A stretch of 64,000 nucleotides of DNA from a virus. The translations under genes were made by a program, and so were the position numbers. The notes under the pieces were generated by a model, which searched no databases, was not told the DNA's origin, and worked only from the letters and a program-made list of their open reading frames with translations. The DNA is taken from IMG/VR virus record IMGVR_UViG_3300031951_000015, positions 96,001 to 160,000 of that record; one strand, 5' to 3'. This document shows, in pieces, positions 28,161-39,021 of this stretch. The first letter of the stretch is position 1, and each line of letters begins with the position of its first letter.

Positions 28161-30152
28161 TTATGAAGGATATGCGATGAGAACGATACCAGAACCACCT
28201 TTACCACCATTTCCAGATACTGGTGTGTCTGTAGAAGCTCTCCATCCATTTCCACCTCCTCCACCTCCTCCTGTGTGAAGTTTTCCATCTTGACCACTTC
28301 TTCCATAAGATCTAACAACTCCTGGTGTTGTTTGACCAGCCCCACCACCTCCGCTACCACCAGCAGATCCTACTACGCTCGTCGGATATCCACTGCCGCC
28401 GCCTCCGCCACCAAACCAGAATCCACCTGGTGTTGGTGCGGCCGCTCCACCATATCCTCCTGGATCGCCATAAGCAGAACCTGGATCTCTAAAAGAAGGT
28501 GGTGCCTGTATTCCATATCCACCAGCACCACTACTTATATTTGGAGAAGTTCCATTAGAACCAACTGCTCCCGCACCACCTCCACCAGCACCTTCATAAG
28601 GTCCAGAATTTCCGCCATTATTTCCATATTGTATTATTCCAGGAATTCCTGGGTTTTGTGATGGTTGAGATGCTGGTCCAGGAACAGCAGTGTAGTGAGA
28701 TCCTCCACCAGAACCACCAGTTGACGCATTTCCAGCACTACCACCACCTTTACCACCACCTTTTGCTGTTACTGTTGTTGGTCCAGGATAAGATAAAGTT
28801 GTATCAGATCCAGTAGATTCCGCTCCACCTCCAGCACCTACAGTAATAGATAACGCATTTGGAGATCCTGTAGAAACAGTAAATGCTGGATTATAAACTA
28901 TTCCACCAGCTCCACCACCACCACCTGCGCCTATGCCAGTATTACCAACTCCTCCTCCACCTCCACCAGCAACAATCATGTATTCAATATTTAAAGGAGA
29001 ACCTGATACATTTGTAAAAGTTCCTGTTGCCAAGAAAGTATGAATTGTTTTATTATTATAAAAACTTACAATACCTCCTGTTGCTTTTATAGATGAGATT
29101 GATTTTAGATATCTTACTACTACAATACCAGATCCACCATTTCCAGCTACTATACCATCAGCACCAGAAGCTCCTCCTGCTCCAGTATATTGATCTCCAT
29201 TGTATGGTTGGGGACTTTCCCCACCACCACCAGCACCGCCACCAAATGGTGCATTTCCTGGATAATTTTCTCCACCTCCGCCACCACCATAATATCCACT
29301 ATGGGGTGCTAGAGCAGGTACACCAATCAGTGGTCCATTAAATTCTGAAAATTGAATTCCATTTCCACCAAATCCTTGAGATACTGGCGCTGCATTAGCA
29401 CTGTCATTATGCGATCCACCAGCCTCTGCGGCACCACCGCCGCCAGATCCATCTCCCGGATTTGGTCCAATTGGAGCTCCACCGGGACTTCCATAATTTA
29501 TCCATCCTGATGGTGCTGTTGGATGTGTTTGTGATGGTTGAGTTCCAGTAGCTAAAACATTTGAATAATTACCTCCATATCCACCACCGCCTCCACCAGA
29601 ACCACCAGGACTTCCAGCAATTCCAAAATATCCACCACCACCACCACCTTTTGCAGTTAATCCACCAAAAGTACTATCCGAACCATTCTGACCAATATTA
29701 GGAGAACTAATTCCACCAGCACCTCCACCTCCAACAGAAACCGGAATTGTAAGTGGATATGGTCCGGATGATACATTATATGTTGCGTGCCTAACAACAC
29801 CACCAGCACCGCCGCCACCGCTACCATTTCCTACAGGAACTGCAGTTTTTCCCCCACCTCCACCACCTGCAACAACTAAAACATCAATAAAACCTGGATG
29901 TTGTGGTGATATGGATTCTATGATAAAAGTGCTAGGTCCAACAGTTGAGGTGAATGTGTGATATGCATAATTATTTCCTGGTTCTAATCCATTAATATCT
30001 CCACCAGTTGCAGCGATAAGTGGTGGTGGAGGAGGAATATTTGGTCCAGCATTTGCACCACCACCACGAATAAAAGATTTACGGAAGTACTCTAATAAGT
30101 GCCCGTCGCTTCTATTATTTTGCGTTGTATTCTTAGAACTTCTTGCACCCAT
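28161..30152 (-). CDS. double glycine-rich domain fibre tip
   Basis: Two ATGG..HTF..GSGIV modules. Confidence 0.7.
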   Translation of the reverse strand: MGARSSKNTTQNNRSDGHLLEYFRKSFIRGGGANAGPNIPPPPPLIAATGGDINGLEPGNNYAYHTFTSTVGPSTFIIESISPQHPGFIDVLVVAGGGGGGKTAVPVGNGSGGGGAGGVVRHATYNVSSGPYPLTIPVSVGGGGAGGISSPNIGQNGSDSTFGGLTAKGGGGGGYFGIAGSPGGSGGGGGGYGGNYSNVLATGTQPSQTHPTAPSGWINYGSPGGAPIGPNPGDGSGGGGAAEAGGSHNDSANAAPVSQGFGGNGIQFSEFNGPLIGVPALAPHSGYYGGGGGGENYPGNAPFGGGAGGGGESPQPYNGDQYTGAGGASGADGIVAGNGGSGIVVVRYLKSISSIKATGGIVSFYNNKTIHTFLATGTFTNVSGSPLNIEYMIVAGGGGGGVGNTGIGAGGGGGAGGIVYNPAFTVSTGSPNALSITVGAGGGAESTGSDTTLSYPGPTTVTAKGGGKGGGSAGNASTGGSGGGSHYTAVPGPASQPSQNPGIPGIIQYGNNGGNSGPYEGAGGGGAGAVGSNGTSPNISSGAGGYGIQAPPSFRDPGSAYGDPGGYGGAAAPTPGGFWFGGGGGGSGYPTSVVGSAGGSGGGGAGQTTPGVVRSYGRSGQDGKLHTGGGGGGGNGWRASTDTPVSGNGGKGGSGIVLIAYPS

Positions 30153-30167
30153 TATACTTACCTCTTA

Positions 30168-30575
30168 TCAGATGTCTGTATCACCGAGAATTTGATAGTT
30201 GATAGCACTACCAATACCTGCTCCTCCAACCACGTTCGCTGGTTGTGTAACTTCTACAACAATCTTTTCTTGGTTTGTAAGAACCAGTGGATAGTTCATT
30301 TCAAAGAAGAAAGTTTCGTTTGCATTTAGATCTACTCTTGCCAATCTATATGCCGTCTGCCCAACACCAGAAACCGTAACGCTACTTGGGTAAACGTAGA
30401 GTGATGAAGTAGCAGTTGAAAGTCCAGTGTTGTGCATTACCACACCACGAAGATAGGTGGTTGATGCAATACCAACACCACCAGCAGTTGCAGTGGTTCC
30501 TACAGTTAAAATACCTACTGTATTAATGCCAGTAACTGCCTGAATACCTAATAATTTAGTTCTTTTGAGTGCCAT
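30168..30575 (-). CDS. small beta-rich fibre connector
   Basis: ..YPLVLT..EKIVV; lies between shaft and tip genes. Confidence 0.55.
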   Translation of the reverse strand: MALKRTKLLGIQAVTGINTVGILTVGTTATAGGVGIASTTYLRGVVMHNTGLSTATSSLYVYPSSVTVSGVGQTAYRLARVDLNANETFFFEMNYPLVLTNQEKIVVEVTQPANVVGGAGIGSAINYQILGDTDI

Positions 30576-30597
30576 CGGTATATACTTTTTAAGTTAT

Positions 30598-31221
30598 TTA
30601 GTTAAACAGTGCGGCGTCAAGTTCATTAAAATCTCCACCTCCACCACCAGACACTGGAAGGTTTGTCAGATTAGCGCCAGATCCAACAAAACTTGTTGCG
30701 TACATAGTTCCAGTAACTGTCGCACCAACTCCCAAAGTTTCAAACTTCTTACTGTTATCATGATAAAGTTCGGCGGAACCATTGCCAACAAACTTCGCCA
30801 TTGTTTCACCAGTTGAATGGTGTTGAATAATGACGTTAGTGGAACCAGAAAGATATAGATCTCCTGCTCCAGTATCCTCCACATAACTATTGGTTCCATC
30901 ATGATAGATTCTTAAATCATCACTATCACCAAAGTTTGCTTTAACATTATCACCAAGATTAATATCTTGAGCAAATGTTGAGATACCAGAAACAGAAAGA
31001 CCAGTAACTGTGATACTAGGTGATCCAGTTAAACCAGTTGCATTTCCACTGAATGTACCACTGAATCCACCGCTAAATGTAGTGGCGGTAATAATTCCGG
31101 AAGAGTTTATATTTCCTACACTACTAATCCCAGAACCCCCAAGATCAAGATTGTCTCCTACTTGGAGTTCTTGAAGTTGTCCAGCACTTGGATTATAAAT
31201 CAGCGGATATCTATTCGCCAT
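30598..31221 (-). CDS. short tail fibre shaft protein
   Basis: FGDSDDLRIYHDG, ELYHDNSKKFET. Confidence 0.65.
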   Translation of the reverse strand: MANRYPLIYNPSAGQLQELQVGDNLDLGGSGISSVGNINSSGIITATTFSGGFSGTFSGNATGLTGSPSITVTGLSVSGISTFAQDINLGDNVKANFGDSDDLRIYHDGTNSYVEDTGAGDLYLSGSTNVIIQHHSTGETMAKFVGNGSAELYHDNSKKFETLGVGATVTGTMYATSFVGSGANLTNLPVSGGGGGDFNELDAALFN

Positions 31222-31246
31222 TATATCTGAATAGTCTTTGGATTAT

Positions 31247-31648
31247 TTATGCTACATTGAAAGAGATGAATCCCTTTGTTCCGTCTCTTCGAAGGACTCC
31301 AAGTTGCTCTCCATTTAATGCAAGTGTTGCTGCACTAGTTCTAGTTCCAATCGTTAAACTTGTAAGTGCAGTCGTATTTAATGTAGTTCCAAGAACTATA
31401 CAATAAAAATTTGATGTTGCATCAGGTGGCGAAGCAAACGTGATTTGATTTTCTTGAACAACAAAAGACTTGATAGGTTCTTGAATAACACCATCAAGTG
31501 AAAGAAGTAGAGTATAAGCGTTTGATGTAAAAAATGGAGAACCACCAAGCGTGAGATTAAATGTTACCTTACTTCCATCAAACTCATCAGAGATATCATC
31601 AAGTTTGAGATAGGGGCCCGTTGCTTGGGGTCTTCCGATATATGCCAT
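31247..31648 (-). CDS. virion structural protein
   Basis: MAYIG..LDDIS..FDG..LDGVIQEP..FASPP. Confidence 0.65.
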   Translation of the reverse strand: MAYIGRPQATGPYLKLDDISDEFDGSKVTFNLTLGGSPFFTSNAYTLLLSLDGVIQEPIKSFVVQENQITFASPPDATSNFYCIVLGTTLNTTALTSLTIGTRTSAATLALNGEQLGVLRRDGTKGFISFNVA

Positions 31649-31665
31649 TGAGGGTTTTTAGATAT

Positions 31666-32772
31666 TTATGATGCCAAGTATCGAACAATAACTATTCCAG
31701 ATCCTCCGTTAGCTGTTGGAGCAGTAAATGTAGTATATTGACCTCCACCTCCGCCACCTCCGGTATAAACTACACCGTTGTTCCCATTTCCACCTTGTGC
31801 TGATACAGCACCACCGCCAGTTCCGGGTCCACCAGGTCCTCCTCCACCAGGTCCCCCAGATCCACCGGTGGATCTACCGCCAGCACCTCCTCCTCCACCA
31901 AAAAGACCAGTTGGTCCCACTGCGGATGTCCATGCCGTTCTTTCTGGAGAAGGTATAGCAGGAGCAATAATAGGTGCAGGAAAACCTGGAAATGGTTGTC
32001 CAGCTCCACCAGCAGCAGATGATACTCCACCAGACCCTACACCACCAGCTCCACCTCCACTGTTAGAAAATGGATCGCCTGGTTGAGCATTTCCACCAAT
32101 ATTTCCATATTGGTTAAAACCAGTCTTTCCGATATATGCGGTATTTTGTGTCGGTTGCAGTGCTACAGAAAGTCCATTAACATATGGTGAATAACTATTC
32201 AATCCACCACCACTACCACCATCAATAGTAAATCCTGGTACTGGAGAAGCATCAAAATTTCCCCCTCCTCCACCACCCTTTGCAAGTAAGTAACCTGGAG
32301 TTGAATTTACACCAAATGTGGTATCAGATCCACGACCACCACTAGGTCCAGTAGCAGGGGTTGTTGTAGTTGTTCCAGATCCACCACCTCCGACAGATAC
32401 TGGATATGGAGAACCACTAGCAACAAGATATTGTGTATGATGAACAATTCCTCCTGCACCTCCGCCTGCACCAAGAGGAGCACCAGCACCTCCACCACCA
32501 GCAACCATCAGTAATTCTATATATCCAGATCCTGGATTTGTTTTTGTAAATACGTGAGGACCATTGCCAATAAAAACATGATAAACATATCCATTTCCAG
32601 AAGAAACAGATGGTATAATAGTTCCACCAGTTGCAGTTACAGGGCTTAAAATAATTGGCCAGTTTCCATCTTGTTGAATATACTCTTGCTGAATTAAATC
32701 CCAAATACCTTTGTTTCCGGGAGAATCAGATTGAGGTGCTGGACCAATGTAACTCGCAATTCTTTTAGACAT
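31666..32772 (-). CDS. glycine-rich fibre tip/adhesin
   Basis: GIWDL..WP leader; Gly blocks; GGSGIVIVRY. Confidence 0.7.
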   Translation of the reverse strand: MSKRIASYIGPAPQSDSPGNKGIWDLIQQEYIQQDGNWPIILSPVTATGGTIIPSVSSGNGYVYHVFIGNGPHVFTKTNPGSGYIELLMVAGGGGAGAPLGAGGGAGGIVHHTQYLVASGSPYPVSVGGGGSGTTTTTPATGPSGGRGSDTTFGVNSTPGYLLAKGGGGGGNFDASPVPGFTIDGGSGGGLNSYSPYVNGLSVALQPTQNTAYIGKTGFNQYGNIGGNAQPGDPFSNSGGGAGGVGSGGVSSAAGGAGQPFPGFPAPIIAPAIPSPERTAWTSAVGPTGLFGGGGGAGGRSTGGSGGPGGGGPGGPGTGGGAVSAQGGNGNNGVVYTGGGGGGGQYTTFTAPTANGGSGIVIVRYLAS

Positions 32773-32800
32773 TTAACTTTCCCAAAAACTTTAAAAATTA

Positions 32801-33175
32801 TTATAGAATTTCATCATAAGAGCAGTAAATATCAATACCATTTGCACTACCAGCGGTTACACCAAGAGACCTATTTTCTTCAAGATAAACTGGATTTTCC
32901 TTACCAACAACAATAAGAGATGCTGCTGCTGGAACAGGAATAAGATATGCTAACGAAGTAGATGTTCCTGCTCCGGCAGCTTGATTATGATATTTAATTG
33001 TCACATTAACTGCTGTTGATCCATTGACATTTATTGCAGTAAGATTGTTTATTTTTAAGAGCTTACCACTTGATGCCGCATTAGATAAAAAAACAGTGTG
33101 AGCTGTTGTTGCAATACCGACATTTGTAGAAAGACCAATTACTGTCCCTATACCAAGAAGATTTGGATTTGCCAT
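32801..33175 (-). CDS. small beta-rich fibre connector
   Basis: MANPN..KINN..NVNG..VYLEE..SYDEI. Confidence 0.6.
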   Translation of the reverse strand: MANPNLLGIGTVIGLSTNVGIATTAHTVFLSNAASSGKLLKINNLTAINVNGSTAVNVTIKYHNQAAGAGTSTSLAYLIPVPAAASLIVVGKENPVYLEENRSLGVTAGSANGIDIYCSYDEIL

Positions 33176-33193
33176 CTTATCTTTTTTGATTAT

Positions 33194-33658
33194 TTATGAG
33201 AAAAGGTGATTATAAGTATAAACTTTGCCAGCATCAAAAGCGACAATTCCTGTTAGATTTGAACCATCACCATAATAAGTAACAATTCCAGAAGAACCAA
33301 CTGTTGCACCTGTTCCAACTGGAGTTATTTTTACATTAGCAATCGTAGAAACACCACTAGCATTTACACTTTGAAAACTAAAAGAATTAGTAACATTTAA
33401 TTGTCCGGTGGTAATAATACCAGTAGTATTAAAGTTAGCAGAACCAGTTACACTTAATCCACCAGTAACCGTAATGTTACCAGTTATGTTCGCGCCAGAA
33501 GAAAAGGTTGTAACACCAGCAATGGAAGTTGCTCCACCAACAACAAAGTTACCATTATTTGTCAGAGTTTTTCCAGATGGAATATTCAGACCCTGACTAT
33601 AGACAGGTGCCGCAGTTCCGTCTGCACTTACAATATTATCAACTCTAAGTTCTGACAT
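33194..33658 (-). CDS. short fibre adapter
   Basis: MSELRVDNI..YYGDGSNLTG. Confidence 0.65.
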   Translation of the reverse strand: MSELRVDNIVSADGTAAPVYSQGLNIPSGKTLTNNGNFVVGGATSIAGVTTFSSGANITGNITVTGGLSVTGSANFNTTGIITTGQLNVTNSFSFQSVNASGVSTIANVKITPVGTGATVGSSGIVTYYGDGSNLTGIVAFDAGKVYTYNHLFS

Positions 33659-33681
33659 CTTGTCTTATACTTTCTAGTTAT

Positions 33682-33945
33682 TTATGAAACTGTGTGTGGT
33701 AAATTAGAAGGATTAATAATCAAATGCTTACCACTGCCTATTGTAACACTAACACCAGAACTAACATTCATATGTGTTCTTTCAAGAGTAATAATAGAGT
33801 CTTCTGCACCAGAGTTTGATGTATTGAAGTCTATGTTTTCACTTACAATGAGTGCAGTTTTAGGTACATAAGTAAACTCATCAGCACCACTGACAGCAGT
33901 ATTGATACCGATTTGAACTCTTGATGTATCTCTTGCTCTTGTCAT
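33682..33945 (-). CDS. small fibre connector
   Basis: MTRARD..VSSGVSVTIGSG..LII. Confidence 0.6.
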   Translation of the reverse strand: MTRARDTSRVQIGINTAVSGADEFTYVPKTALIVSENIDFNTSNSGAEDSIITLERTHMNVSSGVSVTIGSGKHLIINPSNLPHTVS

Positions 33946-33962
33946 TGGGAGTTTTTAGATAT

Positions 33963-35840
33963 TTATGTTGGGTATGCAATAAGAACGATACCGGAACCAC
34001 CTTTGCCACCAGACCGTAGAGCTGGTCCAGGAGCACCAGTTGCTCCACCGCCGCCAGAACCTGTGTTCTCTAATGCATTTGCACCATCTTGTCCATTAGG
34101 TCCCATACCACCATTTCCTGCTCCGGCAAAAGGACCACCAGGTCCACCACCAATACCTCCCGCGTTTGGTCCAATCCAGACACCACCACCACCACCACCA
34201 GCAAACCAATAACCACCTCCACCTGGACCAGGAGCTCCTACTGTTGATGCAGGATTTCTAAATGATGGTGGTGCTTGCAGTCCTATACCACCAAAACCTC
34301 CCGCTATTGGAGATGAAGGAGAAGGTCCTGCACCACCGACACCGCCGGCTCCACCTCCTCCACCTGCTGGATATCCAGGAGAACCACTACCACCAGAACC
34401 ACCAGCGTTTCCATACTCTATTGCTCCTGGATTTGTTGCCGGTTGTGCTGCTGTCGCTGCTGTTCCGCCATCTCCCGCACCACCAGAAGAACCGCCAGTA
34501 TTAGATCCTGTACCAGGCCAACCTGCTCCACCAGCACCACCACGATATGCAACATATGGTCCAGAAGGATGCGTTACTGTGGTATCAGCACCGTCAGTTC
34601 CTCTGTTGGTTGGACTAGATCCTCTTGGAGCAACACCACCGGCACCAACAGTAATCGTATAAGTTGCTGGTGATGGAAATCCTAATCCAGGATGATAAAC
34701 AACACCACCTGCACCACCACCGCCACCTGATGCAAAGTTAGTTGGGTTAGTGTCCGGACCACCAGAACCACCACCTGCTACGATGAATACTTCTGCTGTT
34801 GGGATTGCTGTTGTGGTTTGGAAAGTTCCAGAACTCGTAAAGGTATGAATGGTCTTACCATTATAATAACTGATAGCACCACCAGTTGCTTTTGCGGTTC
34901 CAGAAGATGTAGGAAGAGCATAACGGACGATTACGATTCCCGAACCACCAGAACCACCTATCCAAGTGCCTCCACCAGGATTTCTACTAGCTCCACCTCC
35001 ACCACCTCCGGTAGAATAAGTTCCAGAAATACCATTACTATTTGCAGTCGGTCCACCAGCACCTCCGCCTCCATCACCTCCTGGGGCCCCAGCACCACCA
35101 AATCTTCCACCTCCACCACCTCCAGCATACATTATTGGATTTGTGGGTCCATACGCATAAACATTTGAAGAACCATCTCCACCATATCCTTGACCATCTG
35201 TATTTCCTGTTTCTCCTGCACCACCACCGCCGCCGCCAATAGATCCTTGACCAGATCCACCACCACCATTATTTCCTTGTCCGGGAGCGGGTGAAGGAAA
35301 CAGTGGAGAGGTTGGTGAATACACATTTCCACTTCCTGCACTTCCAGATACTCCTCCTCCACCACCAGATCCTCCGGAAATTCCAGGTCGGATAGGAGCG
35401 GACGGAGGGCCAGCACCACCACCGCCGCCGCCAGCTGCTGTAAAGGAAAATAGAGAAGTATCTCCACCATTAGATCCTTGGACTGCAACTCCTCCAGCCC
35501 CACCAGCACCAATAACTATTGGATAAGATCCAAGTGATAGTGAACTTGTAGATGTTTTAAATCCACCGGCTCCACCACCACCAGTATCATCAGCATCTGT
35601 TCCACCTCCACCACCACCTCCAGCAACAACAAGGTATTCAACAGTGCCTGATCCAGAAGTAACTGTGAGAGCTCCAGATGAAGTGAAGATATGTGCTCTA
35701 TAAAATGTTCCAGAAACTTCGTAATCACTAATCACACCACCTGTTGCAGTGATAGGTCCGCCAGCAGAACCAGCAGAAATAACAGCACCAATACCAAACT
35801 GTTTTACAATCGATGCCAGAGAAGTAACGATAGGAGCCAT
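33963..35840 (-). CDS. double glycine-rich domain fibre tip
   Basis: MAPIV.., two Gly-rich modules, GSGIVLIAYP. Confidence 0.7.
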   Translation of the reverse strand: MAPIVTSLASIVKQFGIGAVISAGSAGGPITATGGVISDYEVSGTFYRAHIFTSSGALTVTSGSGTVEYLVVAGGGGGGGTDADDTGGGGAGGFKTSTSSLSLGSYPIVIGAGGAGGVAVQGSNGGDTSLFSFTAAGGGGGGAGPPSAPIRPGISGGSGGGGGVSGSAGSGNVYSPTSPLFPSPAPGQGNNGGGGSGQGSIGGGGGGAGETGNTDGQGYGGDGSSNVYAYGPTNPIMYAGGGGGGRFGGAGAPGGDGGGGAGGPTANSNGISGTYSTGGGGGGASRNPGGGTWIGGSGGSGIVIVRYALPTSSGTAKATGGAISYYNGKTIHTFTSSGTFQTTTAIPTAEVFIVAGGGSGGPDTNPTNFASGGGGGAGGVVYHPGLGFPSPATYTITVGAGGVAPRGSSPTNRGTDGADTTVTHPSGPYVAYRGGAGGAGWPGTGSNTGGSSGGAGDGGTAATAAQPATNPGAIEYGNAGGSGGSGSPGYPAGGGGGAGGVGGAGPSPSSPIAGGFGGIGLQAPPSFRNPASTVGAPGPGGGGYWFAGGGGGGVWIGPNAGGIGGGPGGPFAGAGNGGMGPNGQDGANALENTGSGGGGATGAPGPALRSGGKGGSGIVLIAYPT

Positions 35841-35843
35841 AAA

Positions 35844-36536
35844 TCAGTACCTTCTATATCCGCCGCTTACGTTTGAGAGTAACTTGTAGTTAAGTGTTGA
35901 TGCCGCAGAACCAACAGTATTAATACCAGTAAAGTTAAAGACATCATAACCAGTGGTGCTTGCCGTTGCTACCGTTCCCGAAACATATGCAATATGAGTC
36001 TGCAATCCAGCAGTTGCATTTGCACCAAAAGCAACACCATTCAGAGTTACGTTTGTGCAACCATAAGCAGTTGCACCTTGCTGAACAATGACCGCAAATG
36101 AGATTGCACGATTATCAAAAGAACTATCAGTTGGAATACCAGTTACATTGAGTGTGATAGGTCCTGTTGGGTTTGTGCAGATCGCAACATTACCACCACC
36201 AGTATTGTAGACAAGACTTACAGTATTACCACTGACCAGAGTGGTTTTATCCGCAATAGATGAAAGTCTTGTATCAGTTAGTGTTGAAATACCAGTGTTA
36301 TTAACACCAGAAACAGAAATACTTGGAGAACCAGTTAGTCCTTGTGCATTGGTTGCCAGTGTTGCTGCTGATGCAGTTCCTGTTAAGTTACCTGTGACAT
36401 TGCCAGTGAGGTTTCCAGTAACATTACCACTAAAAGTTGTGGCAGTTACAACACCAGTAACAACAGCACCGTTTGGCAAAGACGGTGCTGTTCCTGATAC
36501 TCTACCAGTTATGGAATCAACACTTAATTGCGACAT
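35844..36536 (-). CDS. tail fibre adapter protein
   Basis: MSQLSVD.., TNPTGPITL, ..GGYR. Confidence 0.7.
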   Translation of the reverse strand: MSQLSVDSITGRVSGTAPSLPNGAVVTGVVTATTFSGNVTGNLTGNVTGNLTGTASAATLATNAQGLTGSPSISVSGVNNTGISTLTDTRLSSIADKTTLVSGNTVSLVYNTGGGNVAICTNPTGPITLNVTGIPTDSSFDNRAISFAVIVQQGATAYGCTNVTLNGVAFGANATAGLQTHIAYVSGTVATASTTGYDVFNFTGINTVGSAASTLNYKLLSNVSGGYRRY

Positions 36537-36569
36537 CTCTTTACGCTACTTTTCAGTTATTTATGCTAT

Positions 36570-36824
36570 TCAAGTGCCAACTGATCTTTCAAATTCTGTT
36601 CCTTCCTGAACCATTCCATCACCATCGGCATCAATTGGATTTGGATTATATCCTTCGTTCTTTACAACAGAACCACCAAACTCGTAGAGTTCAGTGGTTG
36701 CCTCACTTTTTAGTGAATAAAGTTTACGATCATCAAAGTTAGTTGACCAACGCTTATCACCTTGATAATAAATGACCTGTTGATTTCCTTGAATACTTTG
36801 AACTTTCTTTATAAAGTATGCCAT
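36570..36824 (-). CDS. hypothetical protein with DxDxDG motif
   Basis: DADGDG near the C-terminus. Confidence 0.55.
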   Translation of the reverse strand: MAYFIKKVQSIQGNQQVIYYQGDKRWSTNFDDRKLYSLKSEATTELYEFGGSVVKNEGYNPNPIDADGDGMVQEGTEFERSVGT

Positions 36825-36839
36825 CTTTACAAATGATTT

Positions 36840-37394
36840 TCAACTATTTATTGCTTGATGGTCTGGAAGTTTAGGAAGTAAATCAAACGCAATGATTGTT
36901 CTTTGTTTTCTCGATTGATTGGGATGAACGAAGTGTAAAGTATAAGAAGGAACAATAAACAGTGTTCCTTCTTTTACATCTTGTGGATGTGCAAGAGTTG
37001 TTGTATCAGTTCTCGGATCTTGCCAAGGTGCTACAAAGCAAGTAGGAGTATGATGTTTCGAATCATACTCCACATAAAGAACACCAGAGAATCCCCAACT
37101 TTTATGGTTGTGAACTGTCTGATGATCTCCTTGTTTATATCTCACTGCCCAACAATCAGTCATACTACAAGTTACTTGTGCTTCCTGACAGAACTCAAAC
37201 AGTTGAGGTCTGATGAGGTCTTGGAAGTAATGTAGGTATGACTTTTTATTTGTTTGGCGATCAGTCTCAAAAGTTTGAAGAGTGGTTCTTACAAACTTTT
37301 GAGAGTTGATTCTGTTGAGAAGTCCACGGCGCTTAAAGTCCCAGTCGTCTATTTGGTATTGGTATGATGGATATTCAAAGAGTGGTGCTTTCAT
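36840..37394 (-). CDS. putative 2OG-Fe(II) oxygenase
   Basis: W..Y..HNH..SGVLY..P..LHFV..R.IIAF. Confidence 0.8.
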   Translation of the reverse strand: MKAPLFEYPSYQYQIDDWDFKRRGLLNRINSQKFVRTTLQTFETDRQTNKKSYLHYFQDLIRPQLFEFCQEAQVTCSMTDCWAVRYKQGDHQTVHNHKSWGFSGVLYVEYDSKHHTPTCFVAPWQDPRTDTTTLAHPQDVKEGTLFIVPSYTLHFVHPNQSRKQRTIIAFDLLPKLPDHQAINS

Positions 37395-38182
37395 ACTGGC
37401 AATCTCCAACCACGATGATGATCTACTTCAAATCTTGATAATCTTTGCATCTGTCTTTTACTCAATCCAAAATCTTTACAATGTTCATCAATATCATCAA
37501 CTTTTACAATATTATTATCTGGCGATAAGAAATAATAAGTTTTCAATCTTGCTTTTCGGCATAACTCCCTTTGCTCATCGCTCATAATCAAGTTTGGTCT
37601 AATCGTATTTGTTATTTTAGCAGTCCAACCTTTATAATGATTTCTCTTTCCCATACAAACATAACACATAGTAGGGTTGTGTAAGTTATGTTCTAAACAA
37701 AAACTTTTCAAACTTTGAGTAATATATTCTTTACCATTTGGATCTGTAATCAAATATTCATAAACAAACTTTGTTTTTCGCATCTTATCAACGTGTTCTT
37801 TTTTGGATTTCACACCACGACACCTATCACCAACAGCATTACCAACTCTTATTTTTAATCCTTCATAAAGACGTGAGTTGCAATAATATTCTTTATCACC
37901 ACTTTTATGATGATTCATTTTCCAAAAAGCGTGAGTCATCTTTATTGTTTTTGGATGCTTTTCTCCATACCTTTTGATAAATGCTTTTTCTAATAGAGAG
38001 TGAGCAATATAATGTTCTCTGGCAGTCAAATATACAATCCTTTTGTTCCCTTCTGTTGTCTGCCCATAAAGAGATCTTGGAAAAACGTGATGTCCTTCCA
38101 CATACATTTTCACATTTCTTTTGTTGTAACCTCTTTTCTCTGCGTTTCGTATAAGGTTACAGTAAGTCCTTAGGTAGTTCAT
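37391..38182 (-). mobile_element. free-standing HNH homing endonuclease
   Basis: EGHHVFP..LTAREHYIAH..NSRLYE plus C-terminal DNA-binding repeats (HYKGW, HHRGW); inserted within the oxygenase operon. Confidence 0.8.
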
Positions 38183-38214
38183 AACTGCTCTTTGGTTGGT
38201 GACGTACTATTTAT

Positions 38215-38272
38215 GCAAGAAAAGGGCACCAGAGCGCCCCATTCTACCTGAAATGTGTCACCAACCCAGGCA
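38215..38272 (-). ncRNA. putative small antisense RNA 2
   Basis: Same architecture as 27550-27600; 10-nt complement to the HNH 5' UTR. Confidence 0.5.
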
Positions 38273-38284
38273 CTTATATTTAGG

Positions 38285-39013
38285 TCACCGGGCACGGTCC
38301 CAGGCGCAATGTGCCCTCTGCCCATCTTGTAACACGTAGTGAAAAAATATTTGATGGTAGTACAACTGTTCTTGATTTTTACCAAATAGTTTTTTACCTT
38401 TTCTATTAAGTCCTGGCATTGGATCACGCCAATGAGGTCTGGAACAACCTTTATAAACCATTCCATCACCAGGTTTCAGAATCACTGAACGATTCTCACC
38501 AGGAACTAATACCTGTGTCTTCTTTTTATCTGCATAAGTATCTGGTGTTTTAATCCAGATCGGCCAGTCAGCATCTTCACCAGTTAGATTAGTGCTGATA
38601 TGAACCGTTACAGAAATCTCACAAGCATCACGATCTGCGTGACGGGTAAGTTCTTGTCCTGGGAAATAATAACGATCATAATAATAGGTATTATAAAGTT
38701 TACGTCCCAATACTTCTTCCAGTTTCATACGAATACCACAATGGATTTGGCGATATTGTGGATGCCAATAACGAGCAAGAGAACCTTCAACTTGCATCTC
38801 AACTTCATGATGGGTGAACTGATCCATCTTTTTACCCCACCAGTTCAGTTGTCCACGCTCTTGTGGAACTGGATGATAGAGTTCCTCAGGATTCCACAAG
38901 TCTTTAATAACTAGATATCCATTCTTTTCAAAGGATTCGTTGTGAGTCCAGGCAGTACCTGTATTCATCCTTTCCTGCATCATCAGTTGCAGTTCTGTCA
39001 TTTGTTCTGCCAT
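38285..39013 (-). CDS. 2OG-Fe(II) oxygenase
   Basis: RHADRDACEISV..GD..Y.G..HWR..QIFFHY. Confidence 0.8.
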   Translation of the reverse strand: MAEQMTELQLMMQERMNTGTAWTHNESFEKNGYLVIKDLWNPEELYHPVPQERGQLNWWGKKMDQFTHHEVEMQVEGSLARYWHPQYRQIHCGIRMKLEEVLGRKLYNTYYYDRYYFPGQELTRHADRDACEISVTVHISTNLTGEDADWPIWIKTPDTYADKKKTQVLVPGENRSVILKPGDGMVYKGCSRPHWRDPMPGLNRKGKKLFGKNQEQLYYHQIFFHYVLQDGQRAHCAWDRAR

Positions 39014-39021
39014 TTTCTACC

